Positions 10,464 through 20,931 are shown, counted from the first letter of the stretch. The stretch: 64,000 nucleotides of DNA from Candidatus Bathyarchaeia archaeon (GCA_050010755.1 JBEKKK010000001.1:448001-512000), one strand, 5' to 3'. Notes: generated by a model not told the origin, from the letters alone. Translations and numbers: made by a program.

Positions 10464-11330
10464 ATGCCTTACTGTAGAAAGTGTGGTGCAGAGTTGGCTG
10501 CCGACGCTAATTTTTGTTCGAAGTGCGGAACGCCAGTTGCACAGGCGCAGGCGGTTCCTGCGAGTCAGCATCAGACTTTTAAAGTATCGGGAAAGCCGAG
10601 ACTGGTCGTGGTGAATCGTTCTCCGGGAAAGGTTGATGTCAGGCCTGGTGCCGACGGCGAAGTCACAGTTGACCTCCAGCTAAGAGAGCCAGATGATGTT
10701 GAGTGCAGTGTTTCACAGAGTGGCAGCACAGTCACGGTCAGGTGCCGAGCGTTGGTTCATCCCTTCAGATGGCCGCGTTACTTCGGTTCTGGCGGACCGA
10801 GATCCGACATCTCAGTCTTAGTTCCCAAAGAATCGGAAGTGCACGTAGAAGCCAGCCTCGATCAAGTTACTGTTGACGGAATCAAGGGCGAAGTAAACGT
10901 TGACACTTCCATCGCAAAGATCTACATCGCAAACGTTGAAGGCAAAGTTCACGCAAAAGCACGAACAGGCCAAATCGAAATATCGAACGTCAACGGCACA
11001 GTCACGGTTGAAAACAAAACGGGACCAGTAACCCTTGAAAACACAAACGGCACAGTCTCAATTCAAAACAGGATGGGCCCAATAAAGTTCTCCGGCTCCT
11101 TGTCAACAACTGAAAACTGGTTCAGAACAAGAATGGGCTCGATAGAACTCCAGCTAACCGGAAACCCTGACCTCACGGTAGAAGCCTACACGCACCTTGG
11201 ATCGGTCACGCCATCCCCAGACATCGCCGATTGGCATTATGAACGAGGCCGATACGTAGGCCGCATCGGATCAGGAACAGGCAAACTCCTAATCGAAACC
11301 AGAACAGGCTCTGTAGACATTCACCGCTAA
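10464..11330 (+). CDS. Zinc-ribbon + DUF4097 (putative adhesin-like beta-repeat) protein
   Basis: N-terminal CRKCG...FCSKCG; repeated GxVxxxxxxGxI units. Confidence 0.8.
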   Translation: MPYCRKCGAELAADANFCSKCGTPVAQAQAVPASQHQTFKVSGKPRLVVVNRSPGKVDVRPGADGEVTVDLQLREPDDVECSVSQSGSTVTVRCRALVHPFRWPRYFGSGGPRSDISVLVPKESEVHVEASLDQVTVDGIKGEVNVDTSIAKIYIANVEGKVHAKARTGQIEISNVNGTVTVENKTGPVTLENTNGTVSIQNRMGPIKFSGSLSTTENWFRTRMGSIELQLTGNPDLTVEAYTHLGSVTPSPDIADWHYERGRYVGRIGSGTGKLLIETRTGSVDIHR

Positions 11331-11408
11331 AGATTCCTGAAGAGAGCCCGAAAACATTCACGAAGCAGGCGCTAATGGAAAGATATCTGAGCAGTCGATG
11401 AATCTTGC

Positions 11409-11666
11409 TTACGGTGCGTCGCTGGTGACGTTTTCTGTCTTTTTCTTGCGCGGCTTATAAAGAACACCTGCAATGAACAACACAATCCCAACGATGGGTA
11501 ATACGAGTGCAACTTCTTGACCTCTTGCAAAATAGAGGACAAGGCCCACAACAATTAGTATTCCCCCAATTCCAAGGAGTCGCCCTTTGTTTGTTTGATA
11601 ATAATCTTTCCAGTCCACCACTTTTCCCACCTCCTCCCTCGTCGCTTCCAATCTTGCTACTTCCAC
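11409..11666 (-). CDS. Small two-TM membrane protein
   Basis: Two hydrophobic helices and a basic tail; follows the ABC permease gene. Confidence 0.6.
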   Translation of the reverse strand: MEVARLEATREEVGKVVDWKDYYQTNKGRLLGIGGILIVVGLVLYFARGQEVALVLPIVGIVLFIAGVLYKPRKKKTENVTSDAP

Positions 11667-12397
11667 TTTGTTAGTATTTCCTCTCGTTGAAAAGCTGCTG
11701 TACCTACGAAATAAAGAGCGATATCAATTGCGAAAAGGATACCTGAGATTATGAGAATCCCGCTTATGTCTAGACTTATTATGCGTATTTCGCTAGCCAA
11801 ATAAATTGCTAACAATGGCAATAAAATTAGTATCCCAGAACCATTAGCGCTGCGTACGTCATTAGCTCTCGATGAGACAATAACGCTGTATAGCACGCTC
11901 ATAACAACAGCGACGGGAACTAGGATCAGCAGCAAAACACCAAAAGTCCAATTTGGAAAATAATTATAGCCAAGCTTCCCGAAAGTCACTGCATCAACGC
12001 CAACCATAAAAACTGTCGCTCCAGCATACATTGCAGCTAAAGTTGGCAACACTGCAGCAATTGCTTTTCCAAGCAAAATCTCCCCGTCAGTAAGAGGAGT
12101 AGCGAGGAGCGGTTCTAAACTCTTCTCAATTTTTTCGCCGACTATGCTATAAGAAGCAATTCCTAATGGAATGTACGCCGCTCCAATGACAATAAAGAAT
12201 GAAAATGAATTTAATAGGTTTGGAAGATTTGCAGTTGTGAGGAGCCCGGCGTTTCGATGTCCAGCAAACTCTAGTATGGCTGGAAAGAGAACTGAAATTA
12301 TAATGGGAAAAACGATAATTGAGTACAGAATATTTTTCTGATGCCTAAATATTTTAAAATCTCTTGAGGCAACAAGCCATGCTTTTGACAATCTCAT
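11657..12397 (-). CDS. ABC-2 type exporter permease
   Basis: SIVGEKIEKSLEPLLATPL..EILLGK signature. Confidence 0.9.
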   Translation of the reverse strand: MRLSKAWLVASRDFKIFRHQKNILYSIIVFPIIISVLFPAILEFAGHRNAGLLTTANLPNLLNSFSFFIVIGAAYIPLGIASYSIVGEKIEKSLEPLLATPLTDGEILLGKAIAAVLPTLAAMYAGATVFMVGVDAVTFGKLGYNYFPNWTFGVLLLILVPVAVVMSVLYSVIVSSRANDVRSANGSGILILLPLLAIYLASEIRIISLDISGILIISGILFAIDIALYFVGTAAFQREEILTKWK

Positions 12398-13314
12398 GCG
12401 GACTCCCTCACAAGCTTCAAATAGGTATCTTCCAAAGTCGAACCCACAACGTTAATGGCCCGCACGTGACCGCCAGCCAGCACGAGGGATTCTACGACTG
12501 GCGAATTCTCTTTATCAGGATCCACCACATCAAACGTTACCTTGTTGCCGTCAACAGTGAGGTTTCTAAGCGACAACTTCTTTAAAGAGTTTAAAACGGC
12601 ATCGTTGACTTGCTCCAATGTGATAACTGTGCTTCTGCCATGAACAGATCGTTCAAGTTCATCAGGAGTGCCTATTGCCCGAAGCTTCGTGTTCAGAATA
12701 GCTATTTTATCACATATCCTCTGGGCCTCATCGAGGTTGTGGGTGTTTAAGAAAATGGTTTTCTTCTGCTTTTTCAACTCAAGAATGAACTCCCTGACCG
12801 TCTTGGCAGACTCAGGATCCAAATTGACTGTTGGCTCATCCAAGAACAGTACTTGTGGGTCATGGATAAGTGCGCGTGCAATGGCCAGTTTCTGCTTCAT
12901 ACCCTTCGAAAAGGTACCGGCCAAAACGTTCCGCTTTTCCCACAACCCTAACATTTCCAGGAAACGCTGAATGTTCCGTTTCCTCTCAGCATCTCCAAGA
13001 TCGTATATTTTACCGTAAAAATCCAAGTTATCATAAGCGCTCAAGTGTTCAGATAGTCCGACGTTGTCAGGAACTAGACCGATGATTTTACGGATTTTAA
13101 CCGAGTCTTCCTTATTCCCTATCTCATAACCGCCTACGGTTGCGTTCCCACTACTTTTCGATATCAAACAGCAAAGCATCCTCACGGTGGTGGTTTTCCC
13201 CGCACCATTCGGCCCGAGAAAACCGAAAACTTCACCTTCATCAACTTGCAAGGTAAGGTTGTCTACGGCTGTTAAGTCTCCAAATTTTTTGGTCAGGCCA
13301 TCAGTTTCTATCAA
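12394..13314 (-). CDS. ABC exporter ATP-binding protein
   Basis: GPNGAGKTT, FSKGMKQK, LFLDEPT. Confidence 0.95.
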   Translation of the reverse strand: MIETDGLTKKFGDLTAVDNLTLQVDEGEVFGFLGPNGAGKTTTVRMLCCLISKSSGNATVGGYEIGNKEDSVKIRKIIGLVPDNVGLSEHLSAYDNLDFYGKIYDLGDAERKRNIQRFLEMLGLWEKRNVLAGTFSKGMKQKLAIARALIHDPQVLFLDEPTVNLDPESAKTVREFILELKKQKKTIFLNTHNLDEAQRICDKIAILNTKLRAIGTPDELERSVHGRSTVITLEQVNDAVLNSLKKLSLRNLTVDGNKVTFDVVDPDKENSPVVESLVLAGGHVRAINVVGSTLEDTYLKLVRESA

Positions 13315-13527
13315 CGCAGTTACTCCTTAGGTCAGACGGTGTGATATCTTGGTAGATAGCTAATTTTCCTTAAATAACATTCCATATGAACAATTTTCGG
13401 GTCTGGAGGGCGCGCTTGCACGCTGGGGACTTCAAATGAAAGAAGTGAGACGAATGAAGGTGTGCTGTTTTGGCGCAGGGTTCCATTTGCACATGCTTTG
13501 AAGGTGGCGCGCTGTTCTTAGATGGCT

Positions 13528-16452
13528 CTAATGTTGTGGGTTGATATGATCGCTCATCAATAGCGCGCGCCAGCTACTTGGCGCGTCGGGTGATTGTTTC
13601 TTTTTTCTGCTGGGTGTACTTGCGTCTATTCCGATGAACATGAGCAGTAACGCGGCTGCTAAGAGGCCGAGCGCTATGGCTCCCGCCAGGTCGAAACTTG
13701 GTTTGGACAGGATCGACGTCGGGAGGGTTGATGAGACAGTTACGTAGTTTCCGGTGAGACTGCCAGGGCCTGTGACTGTCAGGGTTCCGTTCTGAAGGGT
13801 TGATAGTCCGGAGGTTGAGTTCCATGTGTACTGTTTGCTCGTGTTGACGGTTAGTGGTGAGGCGAATGAGAAGCTGTGGTTTGATTGGTTGTCCCACCAG
13901 AAGATGGAGGGCAACGCGTCAAGAGTGTAGTTGGAACCGTCCACAGTCGCAACAGTGCCCGTGAAGTCTGAGCCTACACCCTGCTGGCCAATCGTCACCT
14001 CGAATTGAGTTTTCCAGGTCCACGTTATGGTCGAGTTTGAGGCTATTGCAAAAGGTACGGATGTGCCAGTACCGGAAGCTGGGACGCTTCCTGAGCCTGT
14101 CCAACCTGTACAAACGTATTGAGTGCCCGTTCCGCCCGAGACTGGCGAGGTCACGGATTCTGTGATATCCATTCCGGAGTTGAAGAAGCCGCTAGGGGGA
14201 GAAGGTGAACCGTGGGCAGAAGCAACCGTCAGGTAGAATTGTGTGGGCGGGGGCTTCACGACTCGGGTTGTCGTGCTTTTGGAAATCTCGCTCAAGTCTG
14301 TCTGGGCTGGCGGCGGGGTCACCGTGGCCGTCAAGATGTAAGTTCCAGCGGAAACGCTTGTTGTGTTCCAAGTGAAGGTGAGCGTCGTTGTGTTGCCGAC
14401 GCTGAGCGAAAGTAGAGTTTGGGGGGTTCCGATCAAAGTTCCATTTGCGGTGGCGTTCACAACGACCGACGTTTCTGTTACTGTTCCATTATTCAGAACT
14501 GCAACATCGATTGGCACCTCGACGCCTTGCGTCACGCTTGCGTTGGCGGACACGCTGACCACGATAACATCGTGGCTAGCTGTCAATGTTAGAATAATGG
14601 TGTCGTTGCTTGGAAGGTTGTTTGAGTCTCCGCTGAAGCTTGCAGTGATGTTAACGGAGCCAGAGCTGATGTCGATATAAGTAGTTGAGCAAGATCCTTT
14701 GGAAAGAGTCGAGATAGTCGGGCTGAACGAACCTGTGCTGCTGCTTGTGCTCCACGTCACTTTGCCCGTGGGGCTGGAGCCTGTAACAGTTGCAGTGCAC
14801 GTGATTGGCGAGTTTACGTGTCCAGGGTTGGGCGAACAGACGATAGAAGTGGAAGAGCGTGTGAGCGTTGATGCGAATGCTATGGAAACATTCACGCCAG
14901 TTCCTCTCACGAGAACACTTCCACTTGCTGGCGAGGCTGCGAAGCCTGTGGGACCTGTGACTGAGTAGGAATAGGTGCCGTTCTGCGCCTCGAATGTAAT
15001 GGTGCTCGTAGTTGAAGACGATTGAGAACCGTTAAACGTCACACTCCAAGACGTGTCCGAAGATAAACCAGTCTCAGTGAAACTCACCGAATAAGTCACA
15101 GCCGCAGTGAAGTTAACGGCAACAGTCACGTTCGCGTTACTTACAGTGACAGTTCCAGAAGACGGAGAACCCGAAAAGCCGCTAAGAGTCCCAACCGTGT
15201 ACGGATAACCGCCGTTCGCCACCCCCGTAAACGTAATACTACTGGTCGTTGAAGACCCAGGCGACCCGTTGAACATCACACTCCAAGATGTACCCGAAGG
15301 CAAACCAGTCTCAGTGAAATTCACGACAAAGGTTACGCCCGTCACAAAGTTTGCGGTTATGTTGCCTGGTCCACTGATTGTGGCTGTCGTGGAGGACGCG
15401 GATGCGTTTGCGACTGTTATGGAGCCGGTAGTCGTCCACGAGGAGAACACGAAACCAGAGTTCGCCTCGGCCGATATCGGGAGCGATCCAGCAGTCTCGT
15501 TTACATTTGTTCCGGAGGGTGTGGTTGTTCCGGCTCCTGAAGGACTGACGGCGAAAGACACTCGGTACTGAGTCTCATAGGAGCCTGTCACTGTCTCGTT
15601 CGATGAAACCGTCAAGGGCGAAGAAGCGTTGACGCCTGTGTTCTGGAATTGTTCGCCTGTGGTGCTGCTTGCCACAGTGGTCTGATAGGAATAGACTAGC
15701 GTGTCTCCGGAGTTAACCAATGTGCTGTACGGTAACTGGCTCAAGGTTTCCGCAGTCCCGTTGACTGTCACAACCGTTCCTGAAGCCGAACTGTCTAACC
15801 CAGTTTGAGTGAATGTGATCTGATTTTTCGCTTGGACAACGCCGCTGCTGAACGTGTACGTGCAGTTGCCATAGTTGAATCCTCCCTCGACGACGCCATA
15901 TTGATCAAAACCGGAGGAAAGGTTTGGGTCCCATTGGATGATGTTTGAGAGTGAGCCGCCCGGCGGGGGAGCCTGCGTGATGTTAAATTCTACGATGAAG
16001 AGACTGCCAACGTCGATTGTGGCTAGTTGCAAACCCAAAATTGTTTCGCCACAACCGTAAGGCTCACCTACGGTCCCATCCGTGTTGTTCCAGACTACAG
16101 GCTCTTGAACGAGGCTGGCCACGGGAATACCTAAAGTTTGCATCCACAGACTTTCTTTGCCCCCTGAGCCGCTGTATGTTGCCGTCACCACTTGGAGCTG
16201 TGTCGGGTCGAAAAACAGTGCGGCATCCCAACCAGAGCTGTTGTCGGGCGCATCGATCCAACCGGTTACATTGAATAGTGTCCCCACTGAGGCATTGCTG
16301 GTGCTGAAAGTTTCAGTGCTGGGATCAAGGTACAGTGAAGGTTGGGGGGGCTGAGCCTTAACGCCTGAGAGAACAATCAGCATTATTCCCATAATCATTG
16401 CTACTGCAAGGACAACAGCGGCAAGCTTTCTCAATTTCTTATTCATACCCAT
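13528..16452 (-). CDS. Large Ser/Thr-rich cell-surface protein: cohesin-like N-domain, thermopsin-C-like repeats, Ig/CARDB-like domains, C-terminal TM anchor
   Basis: Signal peptide; FNVTGWID..GWDAALFFDPTQLQV; two VxFTETGLxSxTSWSVxFNG repeats; FTWNTTSVSAGTY; TM followed by RKKK. Confidence 0.8.
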   Translation of the reverse strand: MGMNKKLRKLAAVVLAVAMIMGIMLIVLSGVKAQPPQPSLYLDPSTETFSTSNASVGTLFNVTGWIDAPDNSSGWDAALFFDPTQLQVVTATYSGSGGKESLWMQTLGIPVASLVQEPVVWNNTDGTVGEPYGCGETILGLQLATIDVGSLFIVEFNITQAPPPGGSLSNIIQWDPNLSSGFDQYGVVEGGFNYGNCTYTFSSGVVQAKNQITFTQTGLDSSASGTVVTVNGTAETLSQLPYSTLVNSGDTLVYSYQTTVASSTTGEQFQNTGVNASSPLTVSSNETVTGSYETQYRVSFAVSPSGAGTTTPSGTNVNETAGSLPISAEANSGFVFSSWTTTGSITVANASASSTTATISGPGNITANFVTGVTFVVNFTETGLPSGTSWSVMFNGSPGSSTTSSITFTGVANGGYPYTVGTLSGFSGSPSSGTVTVSNANVTVAVNFTAAVTYSVSFTETGLSSDTSWSVTFNGSQSSSTTSTITFEAQNGTYSYSVTGPTGFAASPASGSVLVRGTGVNVSIAFASTLTRSSTSIVCSPNPGHVNSPITCTATVTGSSPTGKVTWSTSSSTGSFSPTISTLSKGSCSTTYIDISSGSVNITASFSGDSNNLPSNDTIILTLTASHDVIVVSVSANASVTQGVEVPIDVAVLNNGTVTETSVVVNATANGTLIGTPQTLLSLSVGNTTTLTFTWNTTSVSAGTYILTATVTPPPAQTDLSEISKSTTTRVVKPPPTQFYLTVASAHGSPSPPSGFFNSGMDITESVTSPVSGGTGTQYVCTGWTGSGSVPASGTGTSVPFAIASNSTITWTWKTQFEVTIGQQGVGSDFTGTVATVDGSNYTLDALPSIFWWDNQSNHSFSFASPLTVNTSKQYTWNSTSGLSTLQNGTLTVTGPGSLTGNYVTVSSTLPTSILSKPSFDLAGAIALGLLAAALLLMFIGIDASTPSRKKKQSPDAPSSWRALLMSDHINPQH

Positions 16453-16739
16453 TCATCCATTCGCGCGCGTATTCTCCCTTAACTGGCATTCAACTTCAAA
16501 AGTGTCGATGGTTCCACTTGACAATTCGAGTCCCGTCTTCTCCTAGAATTTGGTTCCGAAGGACGACTCTTAAACCTTGTTGTAGAATCTTATATAACAA
16601 AACTCTGTAAGAAACTTCTAGCCTGCGCTATAGAAAGCGTTCACGGAAGCGAAATTCGACTCTCGCATACCCTTCACCCAGATGGAGACCTTATTGCTAC
16701 AAACCTATTTCAACAATGAACGTGACATGTTTTGTTTGG

Positions 16740-17100
16740 ATGCGTGAACATGGACCAGCTGAGTTCGGCTGGATAAAAGTAAACGGAGTCAAGTACGAAA
16801 AAGACATCATCATACACACCGATGGCACGATAACCAAAAGATAGAAGAAAAAATCTAAAGACCTAAAACCGAAGTACGGTCACACTCCCCTCTCCGAACG
16901 CGAACTCACATTCCTCGAGGAAGAAAAACCCGACGTAATCCACATCGGAACCGGCCACCAAGGGAGCATTACCTATCACACCCAAAGCTCAACAAATCCT
17001 AAAAAAATACGAAACCATCATTCTCCCCACCCCGAGGCAATCGAGAAAATAGACCAAGACGACCGCAAACTCACCGCACTAATACACGTCGCGCGCGCTA
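16740..17100 (+). pseudogene. Mth938-like (DUF498) pseudogene
   Basis: FGWIKVNGVKYEKDIIIHTDG..KR*KKKSK...GHTPLS...DVIHIGTG, then frameshifts to ...LPTP/EAI...ALIHV; in-frame TAG at 16842-16844. Confidence 0.75.
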
Positions 17101-17228
17101 AGAAGAGATAAAATAAATAGAGGCGGGCTTTGAATATGTTCGCTACAGCGAAAAGACGACGTTGCCATAAACTGCAAGCGAAAGTAGGCGCTCCGTACTA
17201 TGGCACGAGCAGCAGTAGTATAACTCAG

Positions 17229-17303
17229 GCTCCGGTAGTATAGCTCGGTTAAGTATTCCGGCCTTTCGAGCCGGAGACCCGGGTCCAAATCCCGGCCGGA
17301 GCA
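17229..17303 (+). tRNA. tRNA-Glu(TTC)
   Basis: GCTCCGG/CCGGAGC acceptor stem; CCGGC-CTTTCGA-GCCGG anticodon arm; CCGGG-TCCAAAT-CCCGG T arm. Confidence 0.92.
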
Positions 17304-17324
17304 CCTCAGATTGATAAGGGCAGT

Positions 17325-17640
17325 TTATCCTATGTTTTTTTCGTAGGCTACGTCTTTCTTTGCGACTTTGAAGCCGACCTTCTCGTATAGCTGCATAGCT
17401 TTGGTCACGTTCCAGTCATCTACTCCCAGCATCCCAACGGTCATGCCCTTAGCCTTCTGCAGGTTCATCCAACTCAGCGATGAATCTGCCTTCAGAATCA
17501 AAATCAGGCGACCTCTCCAATTTCCTCATCTCCTCTGCCAACGTTGGCGCATTATCCAAGCGCGCAGCGAGAACGGCATTCCGCACCTTAAGCCAGTCCT
17601 CCTCATCAATCCCCAGAACGAAGCGCCTAACCTTCAGCAA
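17325..17640 (-). pseudogene. GNAT acetyltransferase remnant (internal deletion/frameshift)
   Basis: N-part MLKVRRFVLGIDEEDWLKV...FIAELD joined out of frame to C-part KGMTVGMLGVDDWNVTKAMQLYEKVGF (GNAT motif B). Confidence 0.7.
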
Positions 17641-17681
17641 CCAGCCTCCTCCAAGTCTTCCAAAACGACTCAGCGCGCACA

Positions 17682-20600
17682 CTATACGTGGTTTCCGAAC
17701 TGTCTGGCCACGAGTGCGATGTCTCTCATGTTGACTGTGCCGTCGCCGTTGATGTCTGCGTTGGGGTTCCAGTTGCTGGAGCCTGGCGTGGAACCGAAGG
17801 CTCTGGCGACTAACGCGATATCTTTCAGGTTGACTACTCCGTCGTCGTTGATATCGCCCATAAGTTTGATTGTGATGGTCTCGCCTGAGAGTGTGTTCGA
17901 GCCGGTAGGTATTGTTGCGACTGCTGTTAGCGTGTAGTTTTGGCAGGGGACGCCCTTGGTGTTCCATGTGAATGTGAACGTCAAACTTTTTCCTACGCCT
18001 AAGTACAGTGGGTACGTGTTCACGCTCTTGCCGCCTGTCACGTTATAGTACAGAGTGACTGATACGGCGGATTCGTTGAAACCTCCGACGTTCGTGACTG
18101 TGACGTTGATCGTGGGTGTCCCTCCCTGGTAAACCCATGTGGTGCTGGCTGTTATGTTCGTCACTATGACTTTGTGAGTCACGTAGTTGCCTGTTACGTT
18201 TCCGGAGGCAGTTATGGTGATTGAGGTTGATTGCAGAGTTGACAAGCCGGTTGTCGAGTTCCAGAAATACTGTTCGCCACCGCTCACGCCGACCGAGGGG
18301 GCATAAGAGAAATTGTGCACTGAGCCTGGCCCCCACCAGAAAGACAACGGAAGACTACTCCCACTATAGTTTAGGCCGTCAATTGTGACGACTGTGCCGT
18401 TAACGTCGCTCCCTAGGCCTGTTTGGTCGAAGGTGATCTGGCTGCTACCCGGCAGCATCAGGGGATAATGATCTGTGTTGTTCGTGTCGATCACATATGG
18501 CGTATCACCTATTCCGTCGCCTCCACTCAAGTTCTGAAACGGACCATGGTACGAGTCTGTTCCGCCGTAGTTACTCCAGTAGTTTCCGCCAGAAGGGTAA
18601 CCATCATCCCAAACACCCGCGGAATCAAAGCTGACAACCTGCTGAGCGTTGTCTACGAAGTCATTGTGGTAAAACCTGTTGTTTGAAGAATCAAGTGCTG
18701 AGATGCCAACAGCGTTCTCTGCCACGTTGTTTCCAGAAACGTCGCTATAGTTTGAATACCAAAGCCATATGCCATAGTCTACGCTGTTCGTCACATGGTT
18801 TCCAGAAATACTGCTGTTTGAACAAGAAAAAAGCCATATGCCAAACTCGTTGTTTGTGATGTTATTTCCATAAATATTGTTTCCTGAAGAATAGGTAGGG
18901 CTGATGCCCTCTTCATTGTTTGTTACGTTGTTTCCAGAAATGCTGATGTTTGAAGAATAGAAAAGTATTAGACCATACAAGTTGTTCGTTATGTTGTTTC
19001 CAGAAATGGTGCTACTGTTTGTTTCCCATAATTCTACGCCGTAATCTGTTTTCGAGAGGCAGAGACCTTCAACCGTTATGTTCTCACAATTGACAAGGAC
19101 AACCTCTCCCGCATCATTGCCTACGGTTAGGTCTGACGTGCTTTCAAGGTAGACGAGAGGCTTACCATTTACCGTATTGTTTTCGACAAAGCAAGGAATA
19201 GAGTCCATTACAAAAAGACCGCTACTAGTGAACGTGTTTCCAGAAATGCTCGTATAGTTTGAAGAGCCAACGAAGAGGCCACCCAGCTTGTTTGTTATGT
19301 TGTTTCCGGAAACGCTCGTATAGTCTGAATAGCCAAGCCAGATGCCATACCCGTCGTTTGTTATGTTGTTTCCGAAAATGCTGTTGCCTGAAGCCTTATC
19401 AAAAACGATCCCTCCGTTCGCATTGTTTGTTATGTTGTTTCCACAAATCGTGCAGTATGAAAAAATGCCGTATACAGTAGGATCACCAATAAAGACGCCA
19501 TTGCTGTTGTTTGTTATGTTGTTTCCGCTAACGGTGTCGCCGATAGAGTCTTCGAGATATATGCCACAGCCGAAACCTTGTATATTTGTGTTTTTGATTG
19601 TCACATCCCACATGTCTGATACGGCTATTCCGTTGCTAATCGCAATTTCATTTCCTTGAAGCATGTAGCCTCCTCCTTGAAGCGTGTAGCCTCCTCCGTC
19701 TAGAACTATGCTGTCTCTTTCAATCACAATTCCATCGGCATCGGCGCTGATGTTGCCAGTTAAAGTGTACGTGATGTTGTCTGCGGAATAGAGAGGAGCA
19801 TTTAACGGGCTTACGCTCCCGTCTGCGTTAATGCAAACGGTTCCCCCCTCGTACGGAACCCAAGGTTGCATGAGTGGGAAATAATCGGTATTGTTTGCAT
19901 CGATAACGTATGGTATGTCGCCTATCCCATCATGATTTGAGTCTGATCCAGTGTAATTGTCCCAGTAATTACCCTGTTTGCCGTTGTCCCAAGTGTTAGG
20001 GGTGTTTCCTTCAACGTAGGCGTGAATTAGAGTGTTGGCTATGAAATTGTTGTGGAATATCGTGTTGTTCGAGGAAAAGTGGATGTAGATTCCCACTGGG
20101 TTGTTAACTATGTTGTTTCCAGTGAAGGTGTTGCTGTAGGAGTATGGCGCAAGGTAGATGCCGTAGGTCCAAGGGAGCCCGTTATTGTCGGTGACGTTGT
20201 TTTCGTAGAATAGATTGTCATGAGAATCGTGGTCAACGTATAAGCCCTGAATATGGTTGCCCGTTACCTGATTGAGTGATATGGTGTTGAAGGCAGAGGA
20301 GGCGACCCAGATGCCGGAATCCTCAACATCGTTTGCGGCTATGTTGCCGGAAACGAGATTTTCGTCTGAATAGTAAAGGGTTATGCCCTCCCAGTTATTT
20401 CCTGTCAAGTTGTTATCCGTGACGGAACAGTTAGAGGAGTCGTACAGCCAGATTCCATAGTCAAAATCAGTGACTCCAACGTCTGTGATTGTCACATTTG
20501 TTCTCTGGGTCGCGTCGATTCCATGCCCACTGCCTGACCCGACGATTTCAAAGCCTGATCCATCAAAAACCATATTATCCCTCAGAATCACGATGGGAGA

Positions 20601-20795
20601 GGATGCATTCGAGGTCAGCCAGTAGGTCACATTATCCAAACTCGAAACGGGCGATCCCGCAGGGTAAATGCTTCCATCCGGTTCAATGTAGATGGTTCCA
20701 CCATCACCCTTGACTATTTGAACCCTAAAAGCCAATGTAAATGTGCTTATTACTAGCAAAAATAGCATTATTGCAGAAACAGCCTTCCTAAACAA
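17682..20795 (-). CDS. Secreted parallel beta-helix (NosD/PbH1-repeat) protein with CARDB-like and C-terminal dockerin domains
   Basis: Repeated ISGNNITNN..GI.L; two GNYW..Y.G.D..DGIGD.PY blocks; GDINDDGVVNLKDI...ADINGDGTVNMRDI dockerin. Confidence 0.88.
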   Translation of the reverse strand: MFRKAVSAIMLFLLVISTFTLAFRVQIVKGDGGTIYIEPDGSIYPAGSPVSSLDNVTYWLTSNASSPIVILRDNMVFDGSGFEIVGSGSGHGIDATQRTNVTITDVGVTDFDYGIWLYDSSNCSVTDNNLTGNNWEGITLYYSDENLVSGNIAANDVEDSGIWVASSAFNTISLNQVTGNHIQGLYVDHDSHDNLFYENNVTDNNGLPWTYGIYLAPYSYSNTFTGNNIVNNPVGIYIHFSSNNTIFHNNFIANTLIHAYVEGNTPNTWDNGKQGNYWDNYTGSDSNHDGIGDIPYVIDANNTDYFPLMQPWVPYEGGTVCINADGSVSPLNAPLYSADNITYTLTGNISADADGIVIERDSIVLDGGGYTLQGGGYMLQGNEIAISNGIAVSDMWDVTIKNTNIQGFGCGIYLEDSIGDTVSGNNITNNSNGVFIGDPTVYGIFSYCTICGNNITNNANGGIVFDKASGNSIFGNNITNDGYGIWLGYSDYTSVSGNNITNKLGGLFVGSSNYTSISGNTFTSSGLFVMDSIPCFVENNTVNGKPLVYLESTSDLTVGNDAGEVVLVNCENITVEGLCLSKTDYGVELWETNSSTISGNNITNNLYGLILFYSSNISISGNNVTNNEEGISPTYSSGNNIYGNNITNNEFGIWLFSCSNSSISGNHVTNSVDYGIWLWYSNYSDVSGNNVAENAVGISALDSSNNRFYHNDFVDNAQQVVSFDSAGVWDDGYPSGGNYWSNYGGTDSYHGPFQNLSGGDGIGDTPYVIDTNNTDHYPLMLPGSSQITFDQTGLGSDVNGTVVTIDGLNYSGSSLPLSFWWGPGSVHNFSYAPSVGVSGGEQYFWNSTTGLSTLQSTSITITASGNVTGNYVTHKVIVTNITASTTWVYQGGTPTINVTVTNVGGFNESAVSVTLYYNVTGGKSVNTYPLYLGVGKSLTFTFTWNTKGVPCQNYTLTAVATIPTGSNTLSGETITIKLMGDINDDGVVNLKDIALVARAFGSTPGSSNWNPNADINGDGTVNMRDIALVARQFGNHV

Positions 20796-20931
20796 ACCAG
20801 CTCCCTCCCCAAGAATGGATCAACTTGCAGTGATAAAAGGTTTATGAAGGAAGATCCCCCTTCGATCCCCATCACATTTTCTTATCTCACATCGAGTTCT
20901 TCCAAAAGTTAATCAGGCCCTCCTTCTTCAG

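Noticed and set aside
16842-16844. In-frame TAG as pyrrolysine or readthrough in the Mth938-like gene
   Set aside because: The same gene has further frameshifts and a damaged C-terminus, so decay is the simpler explanation.
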